A stretch of 52,551 bases of DNA, the filler included, from Catajapyx aquilonaris (Eukaryota): NCBI GenBank assembly GCA_000934665.2. It is 3 parts of 3 records of this genome, joined end to end, with 100 filler letters (N's around TTAATTAATTAA, not from the genome) between each part and the next. Parts side by side here need not be neighbours in the genome. Positions count along the whole stretch, not along the records: positions 17,572 to 35,013 come from JYFJ02006943.1; positions 35,114 to 52,551 come from JYFJ02006944.1; 1 more part is not named here. One strand, written 5' to 3'. A model generated the notes under the pieces. The model saw only the letters and a program-made list of their open reading frames with translations, was not told the origin of the DNA and made no database searches. The position numbers and the translations under genes are program-made. Positions 25,391 through 37,004 of this stretch are shown in pieces (the stretch's first letter is position 1; each line of letters opens with the position of its first letter).

Positions 25391-26761
25391 TTGATCATAT
25401 TCTGACATTCTTCAAAAAAGTAATCTTTTTTTAACAAAAGGCGTTGATGTCTTAACATGCTCGTATGCATCTCAAGACGAAACCCTGATTTGGCAAACAC
25501 TAAGACGCTGTCAATGCAGAATAATTTGTACAAACCCAGTGAATTTTTTTCCCATCATCATTACACCAATCTGATTTATTTAATATGTAACATTATTATT
25601 TCTAATTAGCAGTCCTCAACTGTACATAATTATGTAAATTTTTCTGTTGCCATGCAGATGTGGCTCATCGTGATTGGCTGCTGAAAAATGTACAAAAAAA
25701 CGTGGTCCAAATTTATAAGTAAGTGTGTAGTGTTACAGTGGGAAAGTATGGCTCTTTATCAATGTGAAAATAACATTTGAAATGAAAAATCCGCAAATAA
25801 ATTAATATTTTAGGTGCAACGCAGTATAGCCTATCTATTTCGAGCAACTTCACGTGTGCAGTACATGCAGTACAGCGATGGGGTACGTGTTACACAGGTG
25901 GTACTATCATTCAGGTGTTTCAATGCCGTGCGTCATGGAGAGCCCTGGTGGTTGCAAAATGTTTTAATTTCTTCCATGCAGATTCAGCATATGTGAAAAT
26001 GATCCACGTGCGACCTCGACATTTGCATACTGGCCTACATGTCAAAGGAGTATGTCGCTAAACTCAACCGCTTTCCAACCTGCGTCCAAATAGCTCCACA
26101 AATTATTATTCGTGAGTACTGTAAGTTTATGTGATGTAGCTATAGATAATTATCCGAATGAACTGCTCATAAATTATGTGTCTCAATGATCTGTTTTGCA
26201 TTATGTTCACATTATTTTTAAAAAAAATTTAAAATTTTCTGGGGGCATATCAAAGCAAGACAGTTTTCTAAACTGCAGCGCAGTTCTTGTCCATGTCATG
26301 TGGCATGTAGAACAATGGAAAAAAAATCGACATAGTCTGGTAATTACCACACACTCAGACTACTATTCTGGACACCTTCATTCTGGACAACAATCATTTA
26401 CTTTACACCGAATTAACGTTGGAATAGTACATTTTGCATAACTCATCTCTTTAACATTCGGGCAGCTGTTACAGATTGGCTCTGCACCAATCCTGAAATC
26501 CCTCAGGCTGATTCGAATATCAGGGTGTAAAGGGCCAGTATGAATATCCTGAAGAGCCCCAAGCCCCAAGTCCTGCAGAAGTCTCCAGACAACGGTTCGA
26601 GCTGAACGCTAGTCTCTTCTGATCCTGACAAGGAGAAACAGACAAAAGCTCCCTCTCTCTAACCACCAACCAGTACTACTCTATTGGTAAGCCTCTCATC
26701 ATCCATATCTCGGCTGCAATTTATAACACACTCTGCTCATATCGAACCTTTGTTTCAGATA

Positions 26762-27863
26762 ATGATGATCAAGTTGACGGCTGTGTTCATCTTGGCTGCA
26801 TTGTCCGGTGTGGTTGATTGCGGCAACAACAATCCGGGATGCAGCAAAGATGATTCTTACGACCCTCCTCGAACTGACTTCAATCAGAATATGGTAAGTT
26901 AAATCCACAGAAAAAATGTAGTGTGAAAAGTACAAACATCCTCCACAAAATGCAATGTAGCTATATGGTTAAAAAATCAAGTGAAGGTGTTCGTGGGGAG
27001 GAGTACTTACCTTGTCATTACATTCACTGATATTCAATTACGATGATGAAACTCACAGATTGCTAACGAGACATGGTATGGAAAGTTGAGCTCGGACAAC
27101 TCCAGTTCGACAGTGTGTCACATTCTTAAGGTGACGTCCACTGGTCCATACACCATCCATGTGGAAGTATCATACTACGCCCCTCAGTGAGTGTCATACA
27201 TGCCACATACAAAAAAAATGACACAATCAGATTATGCCGGTTCTGTTCAATTTTTCCAGAGTCAATGACCGACAGTGCCTCGCTTTGGATATGACTGGCC
27301 AAAACGGGACATACTCGGGTGAAGGGGTGGTCAAGGCGAAGAATTGCTCGGAGGCTTATCCACCCATAGAAGTGACGATTGAAGTTCTTCAGGCCTGCAA
27401 AGGCAAATGCGTCAACATCAGGCTAGTGATGATCACCAGCCCCAACTCAGACCGAAGTAAGCTTATTTTCGAGGCACATCAATTTGCACTCACGCGTTGA
27501 TAATTGCTTGGTCCTTCGTAAGTAAGCTAATAAATGAACTAATTTATTAATTAACAAGTACCGGTAAGTAAACAAAATAGCCATTCCTATGAGTGGCAAT
27601 GTCTAGTGTTGTTCGTCCAGCATTTTAAACCTCAGTAGCTGTAAAACTGAAGTTGTTGCTTTTTTTTCTTTTACGGAAGACAGAATTAATTGTTGTCAAT
27701 CCGTGTTCCAGATGGCCAGATGATGGTCTTCACGTCGCAGAAGTATCGTAGCAAGGGCATAATAAAGCCGTGCGAAGATTGGATGAAGGAGAAGAATGGC
27801 AATCCAGATCTGTTTCCCATCTACAACAAGAGTTGCAAATTGTTGAATCCAAAGAGCAATTAA
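26762..27863 (+). CDS. Secreted lipocalin-like protein B, 4 exons (26762-26893, 27059-27186, 27260-27456, 27712-27863), 202 aa
   Basis: Signal peptide, C..DFNQNMIANETWYG, CHILKVTS, DRQC, TYSGEG and C..W..EKNG...C. Same intron phases as A; AATAAA at 27906. Confidence 0.82.
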
Positions 27864-28675
27864 ATCCTGCTTTGGTGTTACTCTTCCATGTTAGAGAGAT
27901 ACAGAAATAAAACATGGCAACCGCCAGGTTGATGATGACAATCCGACGTCACGCGATTAATTAATATTTATTGCAGACTATATAAAGTGTTTTGCACAAA
28001 CCTTCTAATGTGGATTCCTATATCGGGATAATATTAAGTCACGATTGCTTATTTATTCAAATGATGGCTAAAGGGCATATTCCTCATGGGCATATAGAGT
28101 AGGCAACACACATTGGAGGACTGTTCGTTTATTAAAATAATGCTACAAATAAGTACACTCAAATTGATATAAAAGATAATAATTTTCACTCGGTTTGTAA
28201 AAATAATAATTAAGTTAGTGATTGTGAAATGCTCATATTCAAGGAACATTGACATTTTACGCGCCCTGACTGATTTCCATGTGAAACACAAGAGCAAGGC
28301 AGTTAGAAGCACATTTTCTATAATTATTATTTATGCAAGGAAGTCAGAACATGCTATAAGCTGTAGAAGTCTAGAACTCTAGATGATGTTTGATAATAAT
28401 GAATCAGAAAAATTCTGAGGGGAAATTCTAAGAATAGTAGGAGTCACCATCTAGACTTCTATAGAGAAACCATTATTTTTGGTCTTTGACGTGTTTCCTG
28501 AAACTCAACTAAAATTTGGCATAAAACACAAGGTGTAATGTCCATATCCTGGCAGGTATGCTGCATAATCATGACCTTGGCTTAAAATTGGCATAATTTT
28601 TGTTTGCTTTACCCCATAAGAGGGACTGAGCCATTTTAGGGGAGTGGATCATACCACCATTTGTATTTCCTCTGA

Positions 28676-28945
28676 ATTTTCTGTTTTTTCTTCAAGCTCC
28701 GGTGCAGGGAAATCAAGGACAATGGGTAAGGATAGGGATTGTTGGGGAGGGAACGTATAGGTGCAAGCGCGATACCGACCGATAAATGGGTCATGTGCAG
28801 TCCCCGAGGAGGTTAGGTTGCCAGACACCTCCAAAGGTGCCGATCAGAGACCCTCCCGACGCAGGCGAAAGGGAAATCCCAGGCTGGGATCGAACCTGGA
28901 ACCTTTCACTCAGCAAGCCGAGACGTTACCATCTCGACCACCAAT
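28676..28945 (-). mobile_element. tRNA-derived SINE
   Basis: Minus-strand A box TGGTCGAGATGG and B box GGTTCGATCCC at tRNA-like spacing, followed by an unrelated body and an A-rich end. Confidence 0.6.
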
Positions 28946-29798
28946 TGGCATTACAAATTCAGAAGGTTTCAATTTTATGTATATGGTTATTACTACATAA
29001 CCCTTTAATATCTGTGGTACTTACCACACTGGTCAAACTGCTGGGTACACTATAGGATTGGCTTGGCAGTATCCGAAGTGATGGTTTCGATCGAAAGGGC
29101 TCTTCTCTGGAGTTGAGAAAAATTGTACTTTAAAAAACTGGTGCATATTATACTCACCTGGTGTGGATCTCTCGGTACAAAGACAATCATAGTGCTTGGA
29201 ATGGCTTACGTTTTGTGACTCTGCAGCATGCCTCCACTATTGTCTGAGGTCAGACAACGCGGTGAAACACCTTCCACACAGTCCTCCACATCAGCCAATC
29301 AGGAGGAGCCACCTCTGCATGGCAACAGATAGAAAGCCTACTGTACTCTACTGTACAGTACATTATATAAAAAAGTGTTGATACACTACAGCCTAGCATG
29401 TTGTAAAAGCTATATTGTAATGATATTATTGATAATTCAAATATTGCTAAATGCTTCATTTCGGCAGATATTGGTACACTGAATGAGTATGATTGTGTTT
29501 GATTAGCTGATAAAAATATATTTTTAAAATAGGTTAAATCAGAAAGTATATGTAGCTTGCCTATGTACGACCTGGGGGCAAGGTAGGTTACAAGGGGATA
29601 TAATAAGACAAACAACCACGTGTGTCACTTAATAAAGAAACGAATAAGAAAAAATCAGTATTTCACTCGAGTATTTTACAAAAACAAATAAAGAAAACTC
29701 CATGCGACAAATGGGTACTGTGGCTATTGCTCGTCATAGAGCAACCAGTGCCCTACTTTTAAAGAACATTTAAAATGTTATTTTTGTACACTGTACGA

Positions 29799-29908
29799 GT
29801 ACTATATCGCTCAAAAAGATAGAGACGATTGGCATTTGATACAAGTGCAAGTTGCACTTGAGTCAAATGCAAAATCGTCTCTATCTTTTTATTTGGGCGA
29901 TATAGTAC
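29799..29908. repeat. 110-bp imperfect palindrome (mini-MITE-like)
   Basis: GTACTATATCGC..AAAGATAGAGACGATT at the left pairs with AATCGTCTCTATCTTT..GCGATATAGTAC at the right. Confidence 0.75.
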
Positions 29909-30287
29909 ATGTTGAGAACATCTCTATAGCGTGCAATGAGACATCCATTTCCAACGTTTTTCAAGTGCAGTTTCTCGCTATAATAAAGTAATATACAATG
30001 TCGCACAATGTTATACCAATGATCCAGTAAGCCACATTTATACACACCGTGGTGCACTGGTGGATTAAAATACCAGTTGTTTCAATAATTATTATATAGA
30101 CGCTCTAAAAATTTAAACATTGTAATGAAAGGCATCGGATGTAGCTCACATTATTTTGTTCAATTGCGCAAAATATGATGACAGGTCTTTCCCATTGGGC
30201 TGTCTGCAGTAGACTTCAGAGCAAAAAAAAAAAGTGAGATAAATTTCGCGGAACTGTTCTCATCCATCTGCAGGTTTCTAATAAATT

Positions 30288-31342
30288 GAATGGCCCTCTG
30301 GAACAAAAGCCCAAGTCCAGTCCAAGAAATGGGTGGGTACGAAGGATTTTCTTTTTTTGCTGGACATGCCAATGTGCCATTGGGATTTGACTTCGTGAAA
30401 CAGGTCCGTAAAGGCCACCCGAATATATGGTGATTTTGCCGCATCGATACAACAATCAGGGGAACCGTATTATGCAATTTACTGATTTGGACTTGGGCTT
30501 TTGTTCCGTGGGGAATGGACTTGGGCTTTTGTTCCGTGGGAATGATGGACTTGGGCTTTTGTTCCATAGGAACGTGGATTGCTGAAAACGAATTCTGTTC
30601 AGTGGCTGCTCATATTAAACATTGTTAAATTAATATAAATATTAATACAAATATTAATATAAATTCAAATTAATATAAATATTAATACAAATATTGATAC
30701 AAATATTAATATAAATTCAAATTAGTATAAATATAAATATTAATATTAATACAAATATTAATATATATTAATATAAATAAATTACTATAAAATTAATATT
30801 AATATAGATTAATGTATATTAATATAAATTATTATAAAAATTAATATTACCGTAACATAAATTAATGCATATTAATATATATTAATATAAATAAATTGTT
30901 ATAAAATTAATATTAATTAGTATTAAACCTATTAAACTCAAACTAGCAGCTACTTTCAATCCAACAGCTAAATAATCCATGTTTAATGTGAGCAGCCACT
31001 GAACAGAATTCGTTTCCAGCAATCCACGTTCCTATGGAACAAAAGCCCAAGTCCATCATTCCCAAGGAACAAAAGCCCAAGTCCATCATTCCCAAGGAAC
31101 AAAAGCCCAAGTCCATTCCCCACGGAACAAAAGCCCAAGTCCAAATCAGTAAATTGCATAATACGGTTCCCCTGATTGTTGTATCGATGCGGCAAAATCA
31201 CCATATATTCGGGTGGCCTTTACGGACCTGTTTCACGAAGTCAAATCCCAATGGCACATTGGCATGTCCAGCAAAAAAATATTTCCTTCGTACCCACCCA
31301 TTTCTTGGACTGGACTTGGGCTTTTGTTCCAGAGGGCCATTC
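30288..31342. mobile_element. Foldback/MITE with ~330-360 bp TIRs, AATT flanks and an almost pure A/T core
   Basis: AATT|GAATGGCCCTCTGGAACAAAAGCC and GGCTTTTGTTCCAGAGGGCCATTC|AATT. Arms carry ~27-bp GGAACAAAAGCCCAAGTCCA repeats, with one extra copy in the right arm. Confidence 0.88.
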
Positions 31343-33115
31343 AATTGTGTTCACCATGACAGGGACAGAGAGCTTCAACTGGTAGTAATTTGCTGTCGCC
31401 TGTGTGCTTCGGGACAGCTGTCTCTCGCATAGCCTATATAATTTGTTTCAAATGGCTGCCTCCAAACGGAATAACTCAAACAGCGACATAAGTACGTGCG
31501 TATATAATTACGGTAAGCCCTCCCAGTCATAATCTTTCAGACCGTTTAGAAAAGTGACGTTCTCAATCCCCGGTGTGACGGAGATCACAGGATTTGATGG
31601 GTGAAAGACGATCACAATAGGGTCATTCCCACGTGCCACAAGGATCATGATCCTTACCCCCGATAATCGCGATTGGGGTGTTCCCACATGCCCTTCCTCG
31701 ACCCGAACGCGTTTACGAAGGTGACTGTGGCAGCCAGCTTGTAGAAGTTGACTGCCACCTTATGGGTCGCGATCCTGACGTCACTCCCCCCTCCGGACCG
31801 GGCAACATGGCGGCTCCCTGCTTGGCCCCGTCTGCCCACGTGTCTGCCCCCTCGCTCTGCGGGCAGCCAGGACCCGTGTAATAACGTAGATAGCATGCCT
31901 CCATGCTATTACAGCCAGGCCTATCGTAGAGTCACCCGTGCCCTTGTCCGGGAGCCGAAGCGAGAGTCGTTTTTTCGCCAGGCGGGTGGGCGTGGTTACA
32001 GACCACTCCACCGAAAACCACGAAAAGTACGTGGCCCGTGGAAACAGTCACCAAACGATCCTGATCACATCCTGATTTTGCCAGTCAGAAACGTGGTTCA
32101 AGATCGAGATTTTGTGGCACGTGGGAATGACCCTTATATCAGTGAAGTGGTCACTTTGGTAGGCAACGGGACCACTTGAGATCCTTGGTACAACCCTGTG
32201 AAAATGATCTCTTCGCCGTTCCTCCTGAAGTTTCAAGTCTTTCAGCTGGAGGCCTGCGGTTTCGTTAACATGCGGATCTGCTATACGCAATCCCTAACTT
32301 TTTCGTCAGTGAGTACACATATTTGCATCTGAATTTAAATGACCAATAGCAGAAGCTATTTTTTTTGTATCAGTCACATATGCATTTTATTTTTCAGCTG
32401 ATGATTACGTGATTGCTGTGCACGACCTACAGGATGGTAGTGCATGGTCGAAGGCCTTTCATCTGATGGAGACTAATACCGCTAATACTGATAAAGAAAT
32501 GCTCAGCATTAACAACACCGATTGCAAGTTCTAAGCCAGCGTTTTACTGACATATATATCTGGCTTGTATCTTCTTGTTCGTCTTGCAGTAAGAATTAGA
32601 GCGAAAGCAACGCAGTCATGATCAAAACCTCGAATTTATTGTGCATTAGCCTACCAATGCTATATATTATGTAGTGACTAATAACTTCCGTATTTGAATA
32701 AATGCAATGTAGACCCATCAGATCCACTTATTTAAACGTTCATGTGACTACATTATTACCTGCAAGCATTTCCACTGCAAACCTTTACCGATCAGTTTTG
32801 GTGATACAAACCTATACACTGGCCTCCGAGTCACTTTTCTCGACCGCAAGGAAGTATACAGCTATAGGCCTATACTTCCTATATTCTGTGACCATCTTAC
32901 TGTGAGAGTAATGGTTTTTTTTTGTACACGTTGTTCCATAATTCTGTCTAAACCTTACTGCTGTGTTCTGAAGAGGTGTGAATGTAAGAGTCGCCTGGAC
33001 AAAACCATAGATAAAGATGGACAAAGACTTTGTCGTGTTCTTTGTGCAGTAATAATTATTATCTGTTGCCTGCAGAGATGGCTGGGACTGATTAGCGTTG
33101 CTGTCGAGGGCAGCG

Positions 33116-33748
33116 GGTGACAGGTGTTGTATACGGCCTTGTTTGTCCTCAGACAATGACAGAGGTATGCAACTACGTAATCCTTACACGAGTTCACCTC
33201 CACTCGGTGACACTTGTCTTCAGTAGGCTACATCAGAGTAAAGTAGGTATTAAATTTGTTTTCTTTATTTGCAGCAACAACTGGAAGTCTGAAACATTTT
33301 TGCCAAAAGCAAAATTCCATACCATACAAGTGCCAGCTGAATCCAGGGTCCGTTACAGTACGGTACTTGCTCAACAAAAATCCGAAGATATGGTCCTGCC
33401 GGTTTACTTACTGATTAGTTTACATATCTAGAATCTAGTAGTATATAAGTTATACGTATATATAAAACGTAATCAGTAAATGTAGGACTATATCTTCGGA
33501 TTTTCATTGAGCAAGTACCGTACTGTAACGGACCCTGGATTCAGCTGGCACTTGTATAGTATGGAATTTTGCTTTTGGCAGACTTACTTAATTTTATTCC
33601 TCCTGGAAAGAAGTCACTCTGATGTACAGAAGACAAGTGTCACCGAGTGGAGGTGAACTCGTGTAACCTCCTATAGTCACAGGGATGACAGATTTGCATA
33701 CCTCCACCTTTGTCTGAGGACAAACAAGGCCATACAACACCTGTCACC
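33116..33748. repeat. ~630-bp diverged foldback (inverted arms ~300 bp)
   Basis: GGTGACAGGTGTTGTAT..CCTTGTTTGTCCTCAGACAA pairs with TTGTCTGAGGACAAACAAGG..ATACAACACCTGTCACC. Inner arms match to ~33420/33470. No TSD seen. Confidence 0.85.
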
Positions 33749-34446
33749 AGGTCTGTTCACTTGGAGTGCAAGGTTGAGCTAGAACAATAAAACATGTGTC
33801 GGAATTTTGCACCCATTTTGCAACATTTTGTACCGCTTGGTAAAAAAATAAAAATAAAGGTCAGTGCGATATGCCCCCAGGTGGGGCGAAAGCACATTAC
33901 CCCAGCATTATTCTTCGGCAGACAAAAGAAGCACCATCTGTTTGCTATTTTTAAAGCTTTTTTTTTGTATTGTTTTAGAGTATTTAGACCATCTGTCGAA
34001 TGTCTGTCTGCAAACCTCAAAGACACGCGACTCCCCATAAAAAGGCACAGGTTCCTTCAGTCCCCAGTTCAGTCAGACAAGTCCTCTCTGGCTGATCACC
34101 TGCCAGAAGAATCGAACTGAAGAGAAGTCCCAGACAGTAAGCAAGGGTGTCTCTACAGGGCGGGTGTTTATTACATAGTCCAGTTGAATCCGGATATAAC
34201 ATACTTCAAGGACCTGTTCTAGCCAAATCGCCACTTTTGCAACGAATACAAGTTTTCTGCCTTATACATTACTGCATACTATAATAATGTAACTAGTTAC
34301 AAAAATTCAAAATTATAGAGTTTCCCCCATAACTTAGGAAGGACAAAGATACATCCCTTTATCCCTCATCTTATATTGCACATGTCCACTTGATGACCAT
34401 TTTATTCTCATTCAGGGCTGTGTAGACTTTCTCGTTTGATACCAGG

Positions 34447-35013
34447 ATGAACAGAATGAGTTTGGGCGTCTCGGTGGTGGCGTGCACTTGCTTTATCGTG
34501 GGAAGTGTTTACTCGGAGGAATGCAAGACGTACGACTCTCGCTACGACACAAACTTCAGTCTGTCCTTGGTAAGTCGTCATCATCAGGACATTGGTTTCA
34601 AATTTATTTTGCATTTTAAAATGAAAGAGTAGTGATAGAAATCGCTTTTGGTGATAATGCCAACAGTTGTGGGGCCCATGGTACGCGGTATATCAAAGCG
34701 AGCAGAATGTGACCAACTGCTATTACTTGGACATCAAAGAATCACCTGGGAGCAACGGAGACAAATTCGACATAGATGGCTGGTATAATGTCACGTAAGT
34801 CAACAATCCATTAAAAACTTGATCAGACAGTCATTATTTGCTAGGCTAACAAGAACGTATTATTTTTTCAGATCTTTTGGAAACGTGACGATCGTTGTTC
34901 GCAATGGGACGATTCAGCAGAAGGATGTTGTTATACCAAAAAATGTTATACCCTGCCTCCCCAATATAATACCGCCCCTTGCAGAAAGGGCCATCTTATA
35001 TGGTGAAGGAAAA
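34447..35013 (+). CDS. Secreted lipocalin C, 5' part (34447-34569, 34667-34794, 34872->35013), cut by the contig end
   Basis: Signal peptide followed by EECK..NFSLSLLWGPWYAV, a canonical lipocalin G-x-W-Y motif spanning a phase-0 intron. Exon 2 is 128 nt, as in A and B. Confidence 0.82.
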
Positions 35014-35113
35014 NNNNNNNNNNNNNNNNNNNNNNNNNNNNNNNNNNNNNNNNNNNNTTAATTAATTAANNNNNNNNNNNNNNNNNNNNNNNNNNNNNNN
35101 NNNNNNNNNNNNN
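35014..35113. other. Artificial contig spacer
   Basis: 44 N + TTAATTAATTAA + 44 N. Confidence 0.98.
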
Positions 35114-36726
35114 AACAGCTCAATGGGAGATTGTCAAAAAAAATTTAATCTCAATGCAAATTTTAATTGTGATGCCCAGTTGCACTTGCCCAGATAAATT
35201 AATAAAACAACCTCATATCTTACTTCCCCAAGTGCATTTGTTGGTCTCAAGCGGCAAGGAGTGACATTTCCCCCAGTCAAATACGGATTTTGGCAGGCAA
35301 TAATGAGATCCTAGCGATTGCTAATTAACTGTTGCAATGGGACAACCATATTGTGGCCGCCCTGAAAGATTTCCATTAAACGATCAGTCACATCAACATT
35401 CTTGCTCTCAAGCTTCTCGGTCGACCATGCTTGACCTGCAGTGATGCTGTCCAGAGTTTTTCCTTCCATCATTTAATCCCAACGCATTGCACAGATCTCA
35501 GGAAATCCTCCTTGCCAGTCAACCTGAAAGTTCAGCACGTTAGATCCAAGGGCAAATCGTTGAAATCCCAATCGAATCCTCCTGACAGCATCCTCCATCT
35601 GAACCATGCCGTTCATAAGTCACCTACGACCCAAGGAGTCACTCATCGTTCTTTCCAGGTAGACGCATCCCATCAATGTCCAGGTCGCAGCACTCACATC
35701 AACACCTCCAGCTAGACAAAAGGAAACACATGCCTTACAATTTATTCAAAAACAATTGACTTGACTCATTCACTCACGCAAAATCATTCTGCAGCACCTA
35801 CAGGCTGGACGTGAAGACATGTGTCTATTCAGCAGCTGTCAGATGCAAGCGTTGCATTTTCCTGAAGTCACATAAGTTCAGTACCTTGCAGAGAAGTCTT
35901 CAAGCACTCCTCCTTGGCAAATAAACCTGAAAGTCAGTCGCATTAGTCCAAATTCAGCATCACGACCACAATAATAGTTGGCAGTGTGACTCAAGTTGCA
36001 CAAGTCACTTGGGCTGTTCTGTCGTTATCTGATGCAATCGATGCGCAGCCTTGTTTTCAGTCATGGTGGATCACGACCTCGCTGAAATTCTTCCTGAACG
36101 TCCATCAGTCCATCCACCTGAAACTCATCCACAGATCAGACGCCAAACAACCACGACCACATTAGCATTTTCCTAAGATCTCCAGCAATGATCGAGCAAG
36201 CCAGTCTTCCTGCAACCACTAATTGGAAAGCATTAGACAGACAAAATCAGCAAAAATGGGGTGGATGGGGAGTAACAATACCAATGGCAAGGAACAGTTT
36301 TTCCCCCCACCCAAAACAGCACGCGAACAACACAAACCACACATTGTTCAACCACCACACACACAGCTGGAGACTGTCCCCGGGGCAAATAAAACCACAC
36401 TGCCGCAACATGCGCCATGCCCAACCGCAGATCTACAACACAGGAGGTTCACTAAACTCGCAGTAAAATGATACGAGTTATGTAATGGTTCTGTCTGGTC
36501 CAATCCTGTTCTTGTATGAAGAGTGCCAGTGAAGGAAGCCCAGTTGGAAGAATCTAAAGCAAATTTTTCAACTTCAATCCCCTTTCCTCATATCCAGGCA
36601 TGCGCAGTTGGCTCCTGGTATGCGAGAATCTCGTACGTGGATACCGGCCTTCAGTGTTTGACTTGGATTGATGATCTTGTGCGACTTTAGTCTAAAATTA
36701 CATTTCATATTTAGGAGGTTACATAC

Positions 36727-37004
36727 CCCACTAGTCCTTCCTGAACCAACAGATAAAGGGTCATCTTCATCTTCATCCACCCTGGACGTGGTTGCCACCA
36801 TCTCCTCCTCCTCCTCCTGTGCTTCCTCCTTCTTGATCTCGAGGGGAGTGTCTCCCATGAGCGTAGTAGACTCATTGTCCAACCATGGTGGCGGTGCTTC
36901 CTCCTCCTTCACCCGCAGCCTCCAACTCTCCTCGTCCACTGTGATGTCCTCCTCATCTTCTTCCTTCACTTCCCCTTCCTTCTTTATCCTCAGGATCAAA
37001 GACA
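36727..37004 (-). pseudogene. ZNF paralogue 4: orphan acidic exon, start codon lost, no finger exon seen before the contig end
   Basis: SLILRIKKEGEVKEE..DDPLSVGSGRTSG|GTATGT. Homology to the paralogues stops inside the ATG (CTGTCTTTG instead of ATGTCTTTG). Confidence 0.75.

Noticed and set aside
28860..28945. Functional tRNA gene
   Set aside because: A and B boxes are present, but there is no convincing acceptor stem and the sequence continues into a SINE-like body.
30160..31432. EQKPKSIIP-repeat ORFs
   Set aside because: They are translations of tandem repeats inside MITE arms.
35114..36480. Multi-exon gene suggested by repeated minus-strand TTTCAG|G acceptors
   Set aside because: The candidate exons contain stops and I could not build a consistent frame or recognise a domain.
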